The notes beneath the pieces were generated by a model, which did not search any database, was not told the DNA's origin, and worked only from the letters and a program-made list of their open reading frames with translations. The position numbers were made by a program, and so were the translations under genes. A stretch of DNA of 64,000 nt from Chloropicon primus (taxonomy: Eukaryota), in assembly GCA_023205875.1 (NCBI GenBank), contig CP060757.1, positions 1,054,001 to 1,118,000 of the forward strand, written 5' to 3'. Shown piece by piece: positions 18,468 to 30,300 of the stretch (its first letter is position 1; every line of letters starts with the position of its first letter).

Positions 18468-21290
18468 TCAGATCAATCCGTTAAGGATAATGTTCAACTC
18501 CGTGGCAACGTTTTCCGGGATGATCTTGACGTATCCAGCGTAAAGCGCCAGAGAGTGCAGCCTCATCTTCAGCTCCTGAGTGCTCGAGCTGATCATCGAC
18601 GCGGCCGTCGGCGTCCTCTGTATCGCTCGCCTCTCCTGCATCATTTCCGAGATGGCAATGCCAGCGATCTTCACGATCTGCGGCAGCTTCTCCTTGATCG
18701 CTATGTGAAGATTGCCAGCGTCAGAGGCGTACTTGGAGACTTGCTCGGACCTGATGGGAAGGAAGGCGAATTCCGGGAGCAGCTGGAAGCACTCCTTGTA
18801 GTTCGACTCCTTGAATGCCTGGAAAAGCTTCCTCGTCAGGATGAGCATCTCAAAGGCGTTCGTCTCCTCCCTCTTTGACCTGATGTCCACATCCGCTTGC
18901 CCTTCCAACTCCGCCAAGGCGGCGTTTCCTCTCTGCTCCAGATCGTCGATGCTGATTCCCTGGGACTCCTCCGTGGCCGATATCGCGTCCGAGTACCTCT
19001 TGTTGATGATCTCCAAAGCGTTGAAGGGCTTGCCAGCGTGCATGAACAGCTCCATGGCTTCGTGGAATTGGGCGTTCTGCACACAACCCACCGCCGCAGA
19101 GACGATGATGTCTTGCCTCTGCTGCCTGTCTGGCTTCAACTTGGACAGGACCGCGCCACTGCCGCTGCCTCCGGCTCCCAGCAGCGTTCCAAAGGCCCGG
19201 CTCTGGTTCAGGAGCTCGCGCAGAAGCTGGCCCTGTGTCTGAATTATTGATACATATCCCCCTCCCTTGACCTCCGCGGCAAGGCAGTAGTACTCAAAAG
19301 CAGTGGCAGGATCCCTCACCGCAAAGTTCTGCCCATAGTCGTGCACAATGTCCGAGCACAGCATACTTCCCCTTGAGCGTATGTCTGTTCCGAGGTTGAA
19401 GACTCCGTAGTAGCTAAAAATAATGCAAAGGTGGACCGCCTCGATTGCGAACGGAAAGCTGTCTCCATGCAAGTTCGACGGCGTGTACGTCGCCAGGTAC
19501 TGAATGGCACCTTCGAACTGCAAGGTCAACAGGAGTAAGATTGCGTACAGGAGGGGCTCCTTGCCATCCCGCGTGTAGTAGTTCGCCGGGTACTGAGCCA
19601 GCTGCTGCTGCAGCTCTGCCAGCCTGTGCGGCTCCTCGTGCGTGTACGTGGACGACGTCAGGGTCGTGAGCTGACCCTCCCTCACGAGGACGAGCTTGAA
19701 CCAGAGGAAGTCTTCGATGTTCGTGAACAGGTACTGGTCCGACAGAACGTTCTCGGCCAGGTGCCTGTCGGCGCACAGGATCGTGTAGATGAGTACCCTG
19801 TACTGGTTCTTCCCAAAGTTGCTCCTGTCCTGCTCTCTCAGGATGCGCTCCCCGTCCAGCCTCACCATGGCCTGATTCGAGACGCTCAGCTCGCCCTTCT
19901 CCTGCCATTCCCTGATGTAGTCCGGAAGGGAAGACACGTTGGCGGCGTGGACGTCCCCGGCCATCAACCCCTCGCTCACGGACTCCACCAGCTCGATCGC
20001 CTCTTGAATGTAGCCGCACCGGAAGCAAAAGTACAGCTGGTGCCAAAAGGTGTCTATGCCTCCGGCCATGTCGAAGTCCAGAGCCCCCTTGTCGCTGAAC
20101 CTGATCCTCAGGAAGGCCCTGATCTGCTGCAGTCGGGAGGGACTCCCCCCCAGCATCGCGAGCTGGGGGTGGTGCTCAATCTCCTCATTCACGTAAGTCG
20201 CGTAGTCCCTCTCGAGGTGCCTCCTCGCGCTCTTGCAGAGGGCCGCCCTCATGGATGCGATCTCCTCCTTGGACTCTGGCTGGTGGCCCGCCCTCGCGGG
20301 CGACAGGACGGAAGTGACAACCTGCCACAGGCTCTGCAGGCTCGTGTGGCTGCCGACCTGAGCGCCGGCGCTCCTCTCCCTCTCCTTCATGTCCTCGTTT
20401 GAAGCCTGAATGTCCCTGAGCGCGTCGTAAGGGATGCCGCTCGCCATGGCTCTGTTGATCTTCTTCACCACCTCGATGAACGCGCTCGCCCTCGGGCTTA
20501 TGGTGGGGTCCCTGTCGTCCTCCATCCCCGTCGCCCCGTCGGAGCCGTTCGGCGCGGTCTCGTACACGTTGGCTTGCGGGGTCTGGGAAGACAGGACAAA
20601 CTTGTTTCTCGCGTTCTGCCACTCGAGAGAAGTGATGTCAGACAGCTTCTGCTTGAAGTACTCCTGGGTGCTGGCCTGAGAGTCCCTTACGGCCGACAGG
20701 ATCGAAATCTCCTGGACCTGCGCCAGCCACTCCTCGAGGGTGCACGTCTCGGGCAGGATCTCCTCGAGCGTGGGCTGGATCTCAACCTCCCGGAGGTCTC
20801 TGTTCAGGAGCTGCGTGTCGATGCCCTCCGACGCGAGGAGCCTCGCGGCGCTGAGGGCCTCATTAGTCTGCTGCGTCTGGCTGCTCCGCTTCGCGAGCCT
20901 CGCCGTCGCCTCCACCAGCTGGTCCACGCCCCTCTCTATCGAAGGGAGACCTAGAGGGTCCGCCTGAGTAATTTTTTTCCCGCACGCGATCGCACATAGT
21001 TGGTTTTTCAGAAAGAAGAGAAAAGGACGACGCGGTCAGTGCCTCTCCACGCTACAATCGCAAGGCCCTCCGAGCGCGACGAGAGACCACACGCCCGCGC
21101 CCACGCCCACTCCCTCCTGCTCCCTTTCTCACACACACACACAAACACACACAAGTCCTTGCTTGCTTGCTTGCTTGCTCGTTTCGTGTTCGGTTGGTGT
21201 ACTTACGTTCGCAGCGACGTTGGCTGTCTGCTGCAGCAGAGCCTCCAGGGCCGGCATAATGGGAGTCTTGCTCCCCGTAGACGACGCCAT
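18468..21290 (-). CDS. NUP93: Nucleoporin Nup93/Nic96; 2 exons (21290-21207, 20963-18468)
   Basis: Phase-0 intron 21206-20964 (GTAAGT...CAG) gives LPSIERGVDQL. Also WHQLYFCFRCG, NIEDFLWFKL, LLLTLQFEGAI, EAVHLCI. Confidence 0.9.
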
Positions 21291-21466
21291 TCTCTCGCTC
21301 TCTCGCTCTCTCCCTCTCTCGGACGCGCCGGCTCTGGCTTCTCTTCAAAATGGAAATGGGAGCGGATCCGGGAAAGGGCGGGGCGGCTGCTGCGGTCTGC
21401 AGAAAGGAAAGGAGCGGTGAGCGGTGAGGGGAAGCGTGAAGCGTGAGGCGTGAAGGGGCGAGGGAG

Positions 21467-23108
21467 ATGAGTCAGAGCGATAAGGTGAAGGACAGCACGC
21501 GCGACATGCTGTTGTCGTCGTCGCCTCCGAACTTTGTGAACTTCAACACCAAGGCGTTTAGCTCGAACTCGCAGAGTGTGCGGAACCTGGAGGAGAAGTT
21601 CAACGACATGGACGTGACGAACACGGCGGAGAAGCGCGCGCAGGGAGGGGACGAGGGGGTCGAGAGGAGCCGGAGGATCAGCCCGCCCCAGCCCTACCAG
21701 CAGTACCAGAACGAGCCGTTTGTGATCGGCGTGGCCGGCGGGACGGCGTCGGGCAAGACGACCGTTTGCAGCGAGATCATACAGAGGCTGTCGAACCAGA
21801 GGGTCGTGATCATCGCGCAGGACTCCTTCTACAGGGGACTGACGAAGGTAAGCCGTGCTTCTCACTTCTTTTCGCCGGGCCTCGGAGCGCCTTTCTCTCC
21901 CGCGCCGGCGTTGCTGCTGCCTGTCCTTGTCCTCTGCTGAACGACCTCGTCCTTCCGCTCTCGCCTTGCAGGAGGAGGAGGAGAACGTATCCGAGTACAA
22001 CTTCGACCACCCTGACGCTTTCGACAAGAAGGCCCTGCTGGAGTGCATCCACCAGCTGAAGAAGAGGGAGGCGGTGCACATCCCCATCTACGACTTCAAG
22101 ACCCACCAGAGGAGCGCGGAGACCAAGTTGGTGAACCCGGGGGAGGTGGTGATCGTGGAGGGCATCATGGTGCTGCACATGGAGGAGATTAGGAAGGAGT
22201 GCAACATGAAGATCTTCGTGGACACGGACGATGACCTGAGGCTGGCGAGGAGGATCAAGAGGGACACAATAAGCAGGGGGAGGGACGTGGACAACGTCAT
22301 CGCGCAGTACACCAAGTTCGTGAAGCCGATGTTCGACCAGTTCATCTCGCCGAGCAAGAGGTTCGCGGACGTCATTATTCCCTGCGGGAGGGATGTGAAC
22401 AACGTGGCGATAGACTTGATCACCCAGCACGTACACGTGAAGCTCGATCAGAAGGACCTGAGGAGAATCTACCCGAACCTGTACCTCATCAACACCTCGT
22501 TCCAGACAAAGGCTCTGCACACGATCATCAGGGATAAGAACACGAGCAAGCAGGACTTTGTCTTTTACGCGGACAGGCTCATTAGAATAGTCGTGGAGGC
22601 TGGCTTGGGTTGCCTGCCCTTCGCGGAGAAGATCGTGACGACGCCAACGGGCAAGCAATATGTTGGAGTCGACTTCGGAAACAAGATCTGCGGAGTGTCC
22701 GTAATAAGGTCCGGGGAGAGCATGGAGAACGCCCTGAGGGCGTGCGCCAACAGGATCAAGCTGGGAAAGATCCTGATCGAGAGGAACAAGGGTGTCCACA
22801 AGGACTGCAACCTCATCTACGAGAGGCTTCCGGCAGACATCAAGGACAGGCACGTGCTGCTGATGGACCCCATTGTTGGCACGGGATTCGCCGTGACCTC
22901 GGCCATCGAGCTCCTTCTGAGCAAGGGCGTCAAGGAGGGCCACATCGTTGTCTTGTCCCTCATAGCCGTCCCCGAGGGAATGCACAGGCTGTTGCGCAAG
23001 TACCCCTCGGTCAAGCTCGTGACCTCCGAGATCGATGCAGGGATTTCCAACGACTTCACTGTTTTGCCAGGAATAGGAAACTTTGGGGACAGGTACTTTT
23101 CTGAGTGA
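21467..23108 (+). CDS. UKL: Uridine kinase-like protein (uridine kinase + UPRT fusion); 2 exons (21467-21847, 21972-23108)
   Basis: [49 protein letters not shown] intron 21848-21971. Confidence 0.95.
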
Positions 23109-23195
23109 GAAGAGAGAGGAGAGGAGCAAAAGAGGCCGAACGACAGACCGAACAATAAAAAAAATAAATCTCCGCTCTCTTTACAGCTGCTTACG

Positions 23196-26006
23196 TTACA
23201 AGAACAATGGATTGTTCGGTGTCAGAGGTACTGAGAAGGGATCGACGTTCCACCCCTCCACGAGCAAGTTGACCCCTTCCAGATCATGGCGCGGCGATGC
23301 GACCGAGCCCAAGTCCACGTCTATCCCCAAAGACTCCCCTGGGAACAGAGTGATGTAGTTCTCCGAATAGTACACCGGAAGCAGGAGGTCGTTGACGTCC
23401 CGGACCTGCTTGCCTTTGACCACCTTGAGGCTGACGAAGAAAGCAACGCAGGCGCTAGGATTCCGCAGCTTGGCGTGAAACACCCAAGTGGACGGCCTGC
23501 TGATTTCCGCGACGAGGCCCACCTTTCTCTTCCCCCAATCTTTAAGTGACGTGAAGTCGTCTGCACCCTGGGGCGCCAGCCAGTACACGTTCCTGCTCAA
23601 GACTTTCCCCGCCGCCGACAGGAGGCGAAGCTTGGAGAAAAGGACGCCGTCTCTGCAGGAAGGAATGCCCTGCGACAGCCTCGTCGTCCGCAGCGCAGGC
23701 ATTTCATCCAGATCGAAAGACTGAAGCTTGCGCGCGTTGTCCGCGCAGCTCACGGTCTCCACCTCGAGCTTGGCACCAGCAACGGGATCTCGAAGCATGT
23801 TCACCACTTCGAACGCGTTCCCCTCCACGGGATTGCACTGGACGTGACAAGTGTCGCCGCAGCACTGCTTCACGCCAAAGTAAGCGCCCGTCGGATTCAA
23901 GTAGGTGTCGTACATCTGGCCCCTCAGGCTCGTCCACGGGTTCGCCGTCTTCCAGATGAGCATTCCGGTGTACTTGGTCCACATTCTCGACCCCCAGGCC
24001 TCCGCCAGGGCCTTGTACTGTGTGAAGTTGACGATCTGAGCCCTCTGACAGTACTCGTCCAGATTTTCGGGCTCCCCGTAGCTCAGAATTTTGCTCCGGC
24101 CCGAGCTCGTGGTGTACGTGATGTACTTGTGAAACTCCCAAGACTTGGGGACCACCTCCGTTACGGTTCCATCGGCGTTCTTCACGAACTTTGGTGGGTT
24201 CTGATCTCCTGGTTTCGTGAACATCGTGCGAATCGACTCGGCGCACGGCACGCCGACGGAACCTAGCTCAGGGTTGAAGCCGTAGGGGTAAAACGAGTCT
24301 GACCAGAAGTCGCTCTCGTTCTGGATGCCGTAAGGCCCGTCGCTCCAGTCCCCCCCGCCTTGACCAAAGCCCCCCCACAGGCTGCCGGAGACGTAGGGCC
24401 GGGAATCGTCCAGCGAGCCCTTTTCTCCCACCAGCGCCCGGAGGCCGTCGTCAAGCTCCTTGCACGGCACCTGTTCGTTCCCCCCGCACCAAAGGACCAC
24501 GGAAGGGTGGTTCCTCAGCTTTTTTATCACATCGCAGGCGCACTCGAGGAAGAGCTGGTGGTCGAGGGGCCAATCCGGGTTGCTCTCCGGCGAGTCCTTC
24601 GTTGCTCCCCGGCCGTCGCAATCCCCGGTGATCCAAAACTCGGACCACACCATGATCCCAAAGAAGTCGCACGCCTCGTAGAACTCGGCGTAGGGCACGC
24701 CGGCCCCGCCCCAAAGCCTGATCATGTTCAAGCCCATCTCGGCGTGATGCCGAACCTCCGTCCAGCACCTCTCCCTGTCGCACCTGAGCATGGCGTCCGG
24801 GACGATGTAGTTGCCCCCCCTGACGAAGATGGGCACTCCGTTGACCGTGAACTGCCTCGAGCGGGTCCTGGGATCGATCGCGGACTCCAGGGACCGAAAT
24901 CCAAAGGTCGTGCTCACTTGGTGCGAGACTTCGCTCGGGGTCTGCGCCAACGACACGGACACCCGCAACTCGTAGAGGTTCTGCTCGCCGTGCCCAAGCG
25001 GGAACCACAGCATCGGGTCCTCGAAGCTCTGCTGTCCCAAGTCGAACTCCCCCGCCACCTGCCTCGCGCCCAGCTCCACGGTTTTGGCCCACTGCTGGCC
25101 CTCGCGGGGTCCCCTCGCGCCGCGGCCGCGGCTTTGTCCCCTCGGTCGCGCCGAAGCCCTGATGACCACGCGAACGGTCTCTTGGGAAAGGTTTCGGCAG
25201 CCCACCGTTAACCTCGCCTGGGCCCCCGACTCCGCACCCTTCCGGAACGTCACTCGGACGCGGGGGTCGGACAGCAAAGCCGGGCCGGACATCTGAAGGC
25301 GGACGGAGCCCCACAGCCCGGTGTTCCTGTCCGGCATCGGCTGGATCCAGTCCCAACCCTCCACGTACTGGCTGGTCACGTCCTTGGCTATCATGTGGTC
25401 CCCCCCCTGGCCACCGAGGTCCACGCAGCCCACGTGGTCCGGTGGCTCCACCAGGATCGCCAGCTCGTTCGCGCTGGTCTCGGCCAGGGCGCTGGCGGGC
25501 ACCTCCACCACCCGCCTCAGGAACATGCCCTTCGCCCCCGACAGCAGGCTCACGCCGTTGACGTGCACGGAGACCCCGTAGTTGGCCCCCTCCAGGAGGA
25601 CCTGCACGTACGGCGACGCAGGGGTAGCAGTAGGAGGAGGAGGGCGCGTCCTCCGAAGGCGGAGGAGGCCGAGCCAGCGCCCGAGCCCGCACGCCTCGCG
25701 CCGTCGAGGCGGGCGCGCGCGGATCCTCGGCGTGTCGAAGCTCGTGCACCACCAGAACGTGTAGTAGTCCCTCCCCGCGTGGAAGACGTCAGGAATGGTC
25801 AGGACGTTCTCATCCTTCGCGGGGTCCGGCAGCAGCCCGTTCTGGACAAGGAGCGCCAGGGCCGTCGACGGCACGGTCGCGGGCAGCCAGCCGGAGGACG
25901 AGGACGAGGACGAGGACGAGGTCTCCCGTTGTCGTCGCGCCCTCCAGGGACCCAGCAACAACTCCTCCTCTGGGTGAGGAGGAGCAGGAGGAGCCGGACG
26001 CATCAT
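23196..26006 (-). CDS. EBM: GH2 mannosylglycoprotein endo-beta-mannosidase
   Basis: YTFWW, GGQGGDH, QYVEGWDW, RGGNY, MIRLWGG, EFWITGD, WCGGNEQ, DGPY, FNPELGSVG. Confidence 0.92.
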   Translation of the reverse strand: MMRPAPPAPPHPEEELLLGPWRARRQRETSSSSSSSSSGWLPATVPSTALALLVQNGLLPDPAKDENVLTIPDVFHAGRDYYTFWWCTSFDTPRIRARPPRRREACGLGRWLGLLRLRRTRPPPPTATPASPYVQVLLEGANYGVSVHVNGVSLLSGAKGMFLRRVVEVPASALAETSANELAILVEPPDHVGCVDLGGQGGDHMIAKDVTSQYVEGWDWIQPMPDRNTGLWGSVRLQMSGPALLSDPRVRVTFRKGAESGAQARLTVGCRNLSQETVRVVIRASARPRGQSRGRGARGPREGQQWAKTVELGARQVAGEFDLGQQSFEDPMLWFPLGHGEQNLYELRVSVSLAQTPSEVSHQVSTTFGFRSLESAIDPRTRSRQFTVNGVPIFVRGGNYIVPDAMLRCDRERCWTEVRHHAEMGLNMIRLWGGAGVPYAEFYEACDFFGIMVWSEFWITGDCDGRGATKDSPESNPDWPLDHQLFLECACDVIKKLRNHPSVVLWCGGNEQVPCKELDDGLRALVGEKGSLDDSRPYVSGSLWGGFGQGGGDWSDGPYGIQNESDFWSDSFYPYGFNPELGSVGVPCAESIRTMFTKPGDQNPPKFVKNADGTVTEVVPKSWEFHKYITYTTSSGRSKILSYGEPENLDEYCQRAQIVNFTQYKALAEAWGSRMWTKYTGMLIWKTANPWTSLRGQMYDTYLNPTGAYFGVKQCCGDTCHVQCNPVEGNAFEVVNMLRDPVAGAKLEVETVSCADNARKLQSFDLDEMPALRTTRLSQGIPSCRDGVLFSKLRLLSAAGKVLSRNVYWLAPQGADDFTSLKDWGKRKVGLVAEISRPSTWVFHAKLRNPSACVAFFVSLKVVKGKQVRDVNDLLLPVYYSENYITLFPGESLGIDVDLGSVASPRHDLEGVNLLVEGWNVDPFSVPLTPNNPLFL

Positions 26007-26118
26007 CGCCCCTCCTTTTTTCTGATTCTGATGTGAAGCAGATCCGGAGTGTTCTTCCAATAGCAAAGTAAAAGAATGAATGTATATATATGTATGTATG
26101 TAACGCCGAAATCCGCCT

Positions 26119-26922
26119 TCAGGGGAGGTCGAGCTCGCGCGCGTACCCGTACGGGTTGGTGGTCTCGAGGGTCTCGAGGGCGCTGGCCAGGACCAAGGGG
26201 GTCGTCTTCGCCAGGACGACCGTATTACTTGTCGCGCAGGTGGGCACGTCGAGGCATTGGTACGCAAAGTAGTCACAGGCCCTCCTGTCCCTGAGCGTGA
26301 CTTCCATCAGAGCTCGGCCGCGCTGGTCCGCTTGAGTGGTCATGAAGTGCTTCGTGCTCCCAGCCTCCAGCATGAGTTGGGTGCCCCCGCAAAAGTGGGA
26401 GGGGTCGTAGTCCGTGCGTTCCCTGCTGCCCGAGTCGTACGCCGGCCGGGGCGATCTCAGAATCTGAACGCGGCCGCTGGGGGTGAACCCCTCCAGGATC
26501 AGGGTGAGGATCCCCGTGGCGTTGCAGGCCTCGCGCGACACTCGGAGGACGGGATCGACGATCGGCTCCGGGGGATCTGGGGGTCGGCGGTGGTGGTCCT
26601 GCTGCCGATCGGACGTCCTCGACGAGGAACCCCTCACGTACTCGGGGAGGATCGACTGCGCCGAGGCCCCGGCCGCCCCGCCCCGCCTCTCGAACCGGGC
26701 CTCCTCCTCCTCGGCGTCCCTCAGCTCCTTCCAAACCTTGAAAACCTGCCTCTCGCGCTCCGGGTCGATCACCAGCTTGTTGATGCTGTACGCCGCGACG
26801 CTCCCGATGGCCCCGAAGACAGGACTCGCGATGTCGAAGGCCGAGGCAAGAGGCAAGAGGCAAGAGGGGGCGACGAGCAGCAGCAGCAGCAGGAGGAGGT
26901 GGGGACGACGAGGGGACGCCAT
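26119..26922 (-). CDS. Secreted protein with a C-terminal Cys-containing beta-sandwich-like domain
   Basis: Signal peptide MASPRRPHLLLLLLLLVAPSCLLPLASA. C-terminal GFTPSGRV...CGGTQL...ADQRGRA...C...QCLDVPTCATSN. Confidence 0.7.
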   Translation of the reverse strand: MASPRRPHLLLLLLLLVAPSCLLPLASAFDIASPVFGAIGSVAAYSINKLVIDPERERQVFKVWKELRDAEEEEARFERRGGAAGASAQSILPEYVRGSSSRTSDRQQDHHRRPPDPPEPIVDPVLRVSREACNATGILTLILEGFTPSGRVQILRSPRPAYDSGSRERTDYDPSHFCGGTQLMLEAGSTKHFMTTQADQRGRALMEVTLRDRRACDYFAYQCLDVPTCATSNTVVLAKTTPLVLASALETLETTNPYGYARELDLP

Positions 26923-26958
26923 CCTTGGGCACACAAGGCGTTCGCGTGTCGTCGACCG

Positions 26959-27022
26959 CGAATCGAATCGAATCGAATCGAATCGGCCCAGCAAAAGTGA
27001 AGTGAAGTGGAGTGGAGTGGAG
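26959..27022. repeat. (CGAAT)n and (AGTGA/AGTGG)n pentanucleotide microsatellites
   Basis: Directly visible in the sequence. Confidence 0.8.
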
Positions 27023-27328
27023 TTCGGTCAACTCCTCCCCCCGAAACGTTGGAGACTCCAACTTGGAGCGCAATTCTCTCAAAATGTTCGATTTCGATGA
27101 TGCAACAATGTCCGATTTCGATGCAAACAAATGTAACGCTTTTTTGTCCATGGGACCCCTGCACCCACAGCAAAAGCACATCACAGCATACATCACACGC
27201 TGCGTCTTCTTGTGTTGTGGCGAATTGAGATCAGAGGGCGGTCGTGTTGGAGAAGGCCAGTGCACACACAGAGAACAGCGAGCGCTGTCGCCGCAGTTGC
27301 TCGATCGATCGATTCGATCACGACGACG

Positions 27329-30300
27329 ATGAAGACAAGACACGACAAAGGACGGCGCCGCACGATGCTCGCCGTCCTGGTCCTGGCGGCCTTGGCGGGC
27401 ACGGCCGTGCCCCCGATCCAGGGGGCCACCCCCGCCAGCACCCGGACCGGCAGGGTTGCGGATCCGGTCCAACCGTGGTCCCCGGTTGCGCGCGCGACGT
27501 CGCGCCACCACAGGCAGCTCCTTGGGATCACCTCCTCGGAGTCGTCCTCCGAGTCCTCGACGACGGGCTTTGCCCTGAACGGCCAGAGCGCCTCGTTCGG
27601 CACGAGGGCCTCGGGCGAGGTGGCCAAGGACGGGGACAATGCGGTGTCGGACTCGTCCTCCGACGCGACGCTGGACATCGTCAGCATGGTCGGGGAGATC
27701 GCCTCGGACGCCAAGTCCGTCGCCGCACAGCCTGAGGGCGAGGCCTCGACCCACTCCAGGGCCACCGCCGTGACGACCAAGAGGGCGGACACGGACGCCA
27801 TCGCGCACGCCAAGGTGTCCGCCCTGCCCCGCCAGCACCACAGCAGCAAGAGCTCGAAGAAGAAGGCCTCGCCGTCCAAGGGCAAGAAGGCGTTCGCGGA
27901 CGCCACGGGCTTCGCCATCGCCGAGGGCCTCGGGCCCGGGCAGACCACGACGTCCATCTCCTCCCTGGCCTCCCTGATCGCCGAGGAGGTCGCGGACGAC
28001 GGCCGCAAGGGCTTCGCCACCGGCAGGGCCAAGGGCCAGACCGAGCTCGCGGGCATGGCCCGCACGGACGACTGGAGCCCCCTGGTGTCCGTGTCCGACT
28101 CGGCCATCAGGCTCGACGCCCACGCGGATCCCGCCGGGTCGACCGACGCCACCGCCCACGTGGCCGGCGAGTCCTTCTCGCTGGGCCACCTCGTCCAGCA
28201 GTTCGCGCACTCCGCCGGAATGGCGGACGCCTTCGACACTGCGAGCGCCAAGGACAAGGGCCCGAGCTCGGAGAGCCAGTCGGACGCGGACGCCGCGGGA
28301 TCCGCCACCGGATCCGCCACGACCATCACGGGGGAGAACCTCGCCAAGACGGTCGTCGGGGTGGGGGCCGGGGCCGGCGCCTACGCCGACGCGGGGAACG
28401 CGGGGGGCCTCGGAGGCGGAGCGGACGGCACGTCCCGCGGTTCGGGAGGCGGCTACGCCGAGGCCATCGCCGAGCCCCACCAGGTGGGGAGCGGCAACCC
28501 GGAGGCGGTGACCATGAAGTACGCCGACCTCTACACCGAGGCCGGATCCTCCGTCGACGCCGAGGCAATCGGGCCGAACATGTTCGCCGACATCTCCGTG
28601 GGCGCCCACCAGGCGGCCGGGGGATCGACCGAGTCCTCCTCCCTCTTCGGAAGGACATTCGTCACCGGAGACACCGTGGCCGACGCCTCTGCCCTGGCGG
28701 GCCAGGGGTCTTCCGTGGGCTACGTCCTGATGGGCGCCGGATCGATGGGCGGCGTGAGCACCGAGAGCGGAATTCTCGCCGTTTCCGAGGGTCCACCGCG
28801 CTACGGTGCGTCCTCGACCTTCGTCGGCGGTTACGCTGACGTGGCCAGTGCATCCTCCACCCTCCCACCCGCGTACACGGCGGGAGCGGGAACCATGGGA
28901 GAGGCCATGTTCGACCTGGACAGCCAGGCCTCTGCCATCTCCCAGTGGAAGTCGGACGCCCCAAGCGTGTCCTCGATCCAGGGCACAATCGGCGCCAGCA
29001 TCGAGAGCGAGAGCGGCTTCGACAGCTCGAGCGGCACCGCCGTGGAGGCCGACTCCAAGGTCGGGGGTCGTGCCCAGTCCTCCTCCGTCGAGGAGGGAGA
29101 CGAGACCTACGTCAGGCACCAGAGTGCCGGTAACGCGGCGACCAATGCAGTCTCCTCCGCCTTTGGCGACGGGAAGGATGCGTGGAAGACGGGCACCGCT
29201 ACCGTCGGTGGCATGGCCACCGAGGCCGCCATCGATGCCCACTCCGGTGTGGAGTCCTTCGCTCACCCCGACGACGTCTGGAAGGCGCCACCTCTGCTCA
29301 CGATGGGCCAGACGGACACCACCGTCGAGTCAAGGTCCGGGTCCGCCACGTCCCTGGACACCGACGGCATTGCTACCGGGCTCGGCGATGCCCCCGCGTC
29401 CGAGACGTACGGGTCCGCCGGATCCATGGCGAGCGAAGGCCACGCCTACAACCACGCCGTCTCGGGGCTCATGTCGAACACTTGGTCCGAGACCTTGGTC
29501 GGAGCAGGAGCAGCACAAGAGGGGCACGTGGTTCCTTACGACATCCACGGGTACCCATACATCTACGGGGACGACTGGAAGGTCCTGGACTACCCCGGCA
29601 CCGCCTTTGGCACCGCCTTGGGCGGGGCCACTGGACTGGGAACGGTGGTGTTGGCCCAGGAAAGCGAGTGGGGAACCCGCGTCAATGGCGGTGCCGCCTC
29701 TGACGCCGTGGCTGCAGCTGGGGCGGAAGACTTCCTCGCCGCCTCAAAGTACGGCTCCGTCGCCGTCAGCGATGCCGGGGCTGCGGCATCCGGCGAGGGC
29801 AGGGGCTACGGTTCCACCCTTTACGACGGCGTGGTGGATGCCTGGAACCGCGGTATGATCTACGCCAGGGGCCAAGGTAACGCAAATGTGGCCAACGCAG
29901 CTGGAACGGAGGCAGCAGATTTCACAAAGCTTGGAGTTGGCATCGCCGGTGGCGCTGCCAGAGGAGGTGGCCTCGCCGAGGTCTCCGCGGAGAATGCCTG
30001 GTACGGCCACGGAGGATCTTCCGGAGCTGCCGTGGGTGCCGCAGAGGCAGAGAACTTTGGCATGTCTGTCGTCGACGATGCCAGGGCAGGCGAGGGCACG
30101 GGCGATCCAGATGTCTCTTTCTCGCTTCAGGACGGTCTCGGAGCGGGTACCGGATACGCGAGCGTTGCCATCTACCCAACCAAGGAGATTCAGCCCACTC
30201 AGCCAAAGGGAGTCGTCTCAGCTCTCGTCAAGTCTGATGGATTCACCACTGGTCTCGCTGGAACGTCCATGGGATTCTTTGACACCGGAGACGTCTTGAC

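Noticed and set aside
26273..29266. 997-aa minus-strand ORF, and other long antisense/alternative-frame ORFs (10520-13180, 59916-62612, 33623-35332, 35302-37254)
   Set aside because: They overlap well-supported genes, show no motifs and have the composition typical of shadow ORFs.
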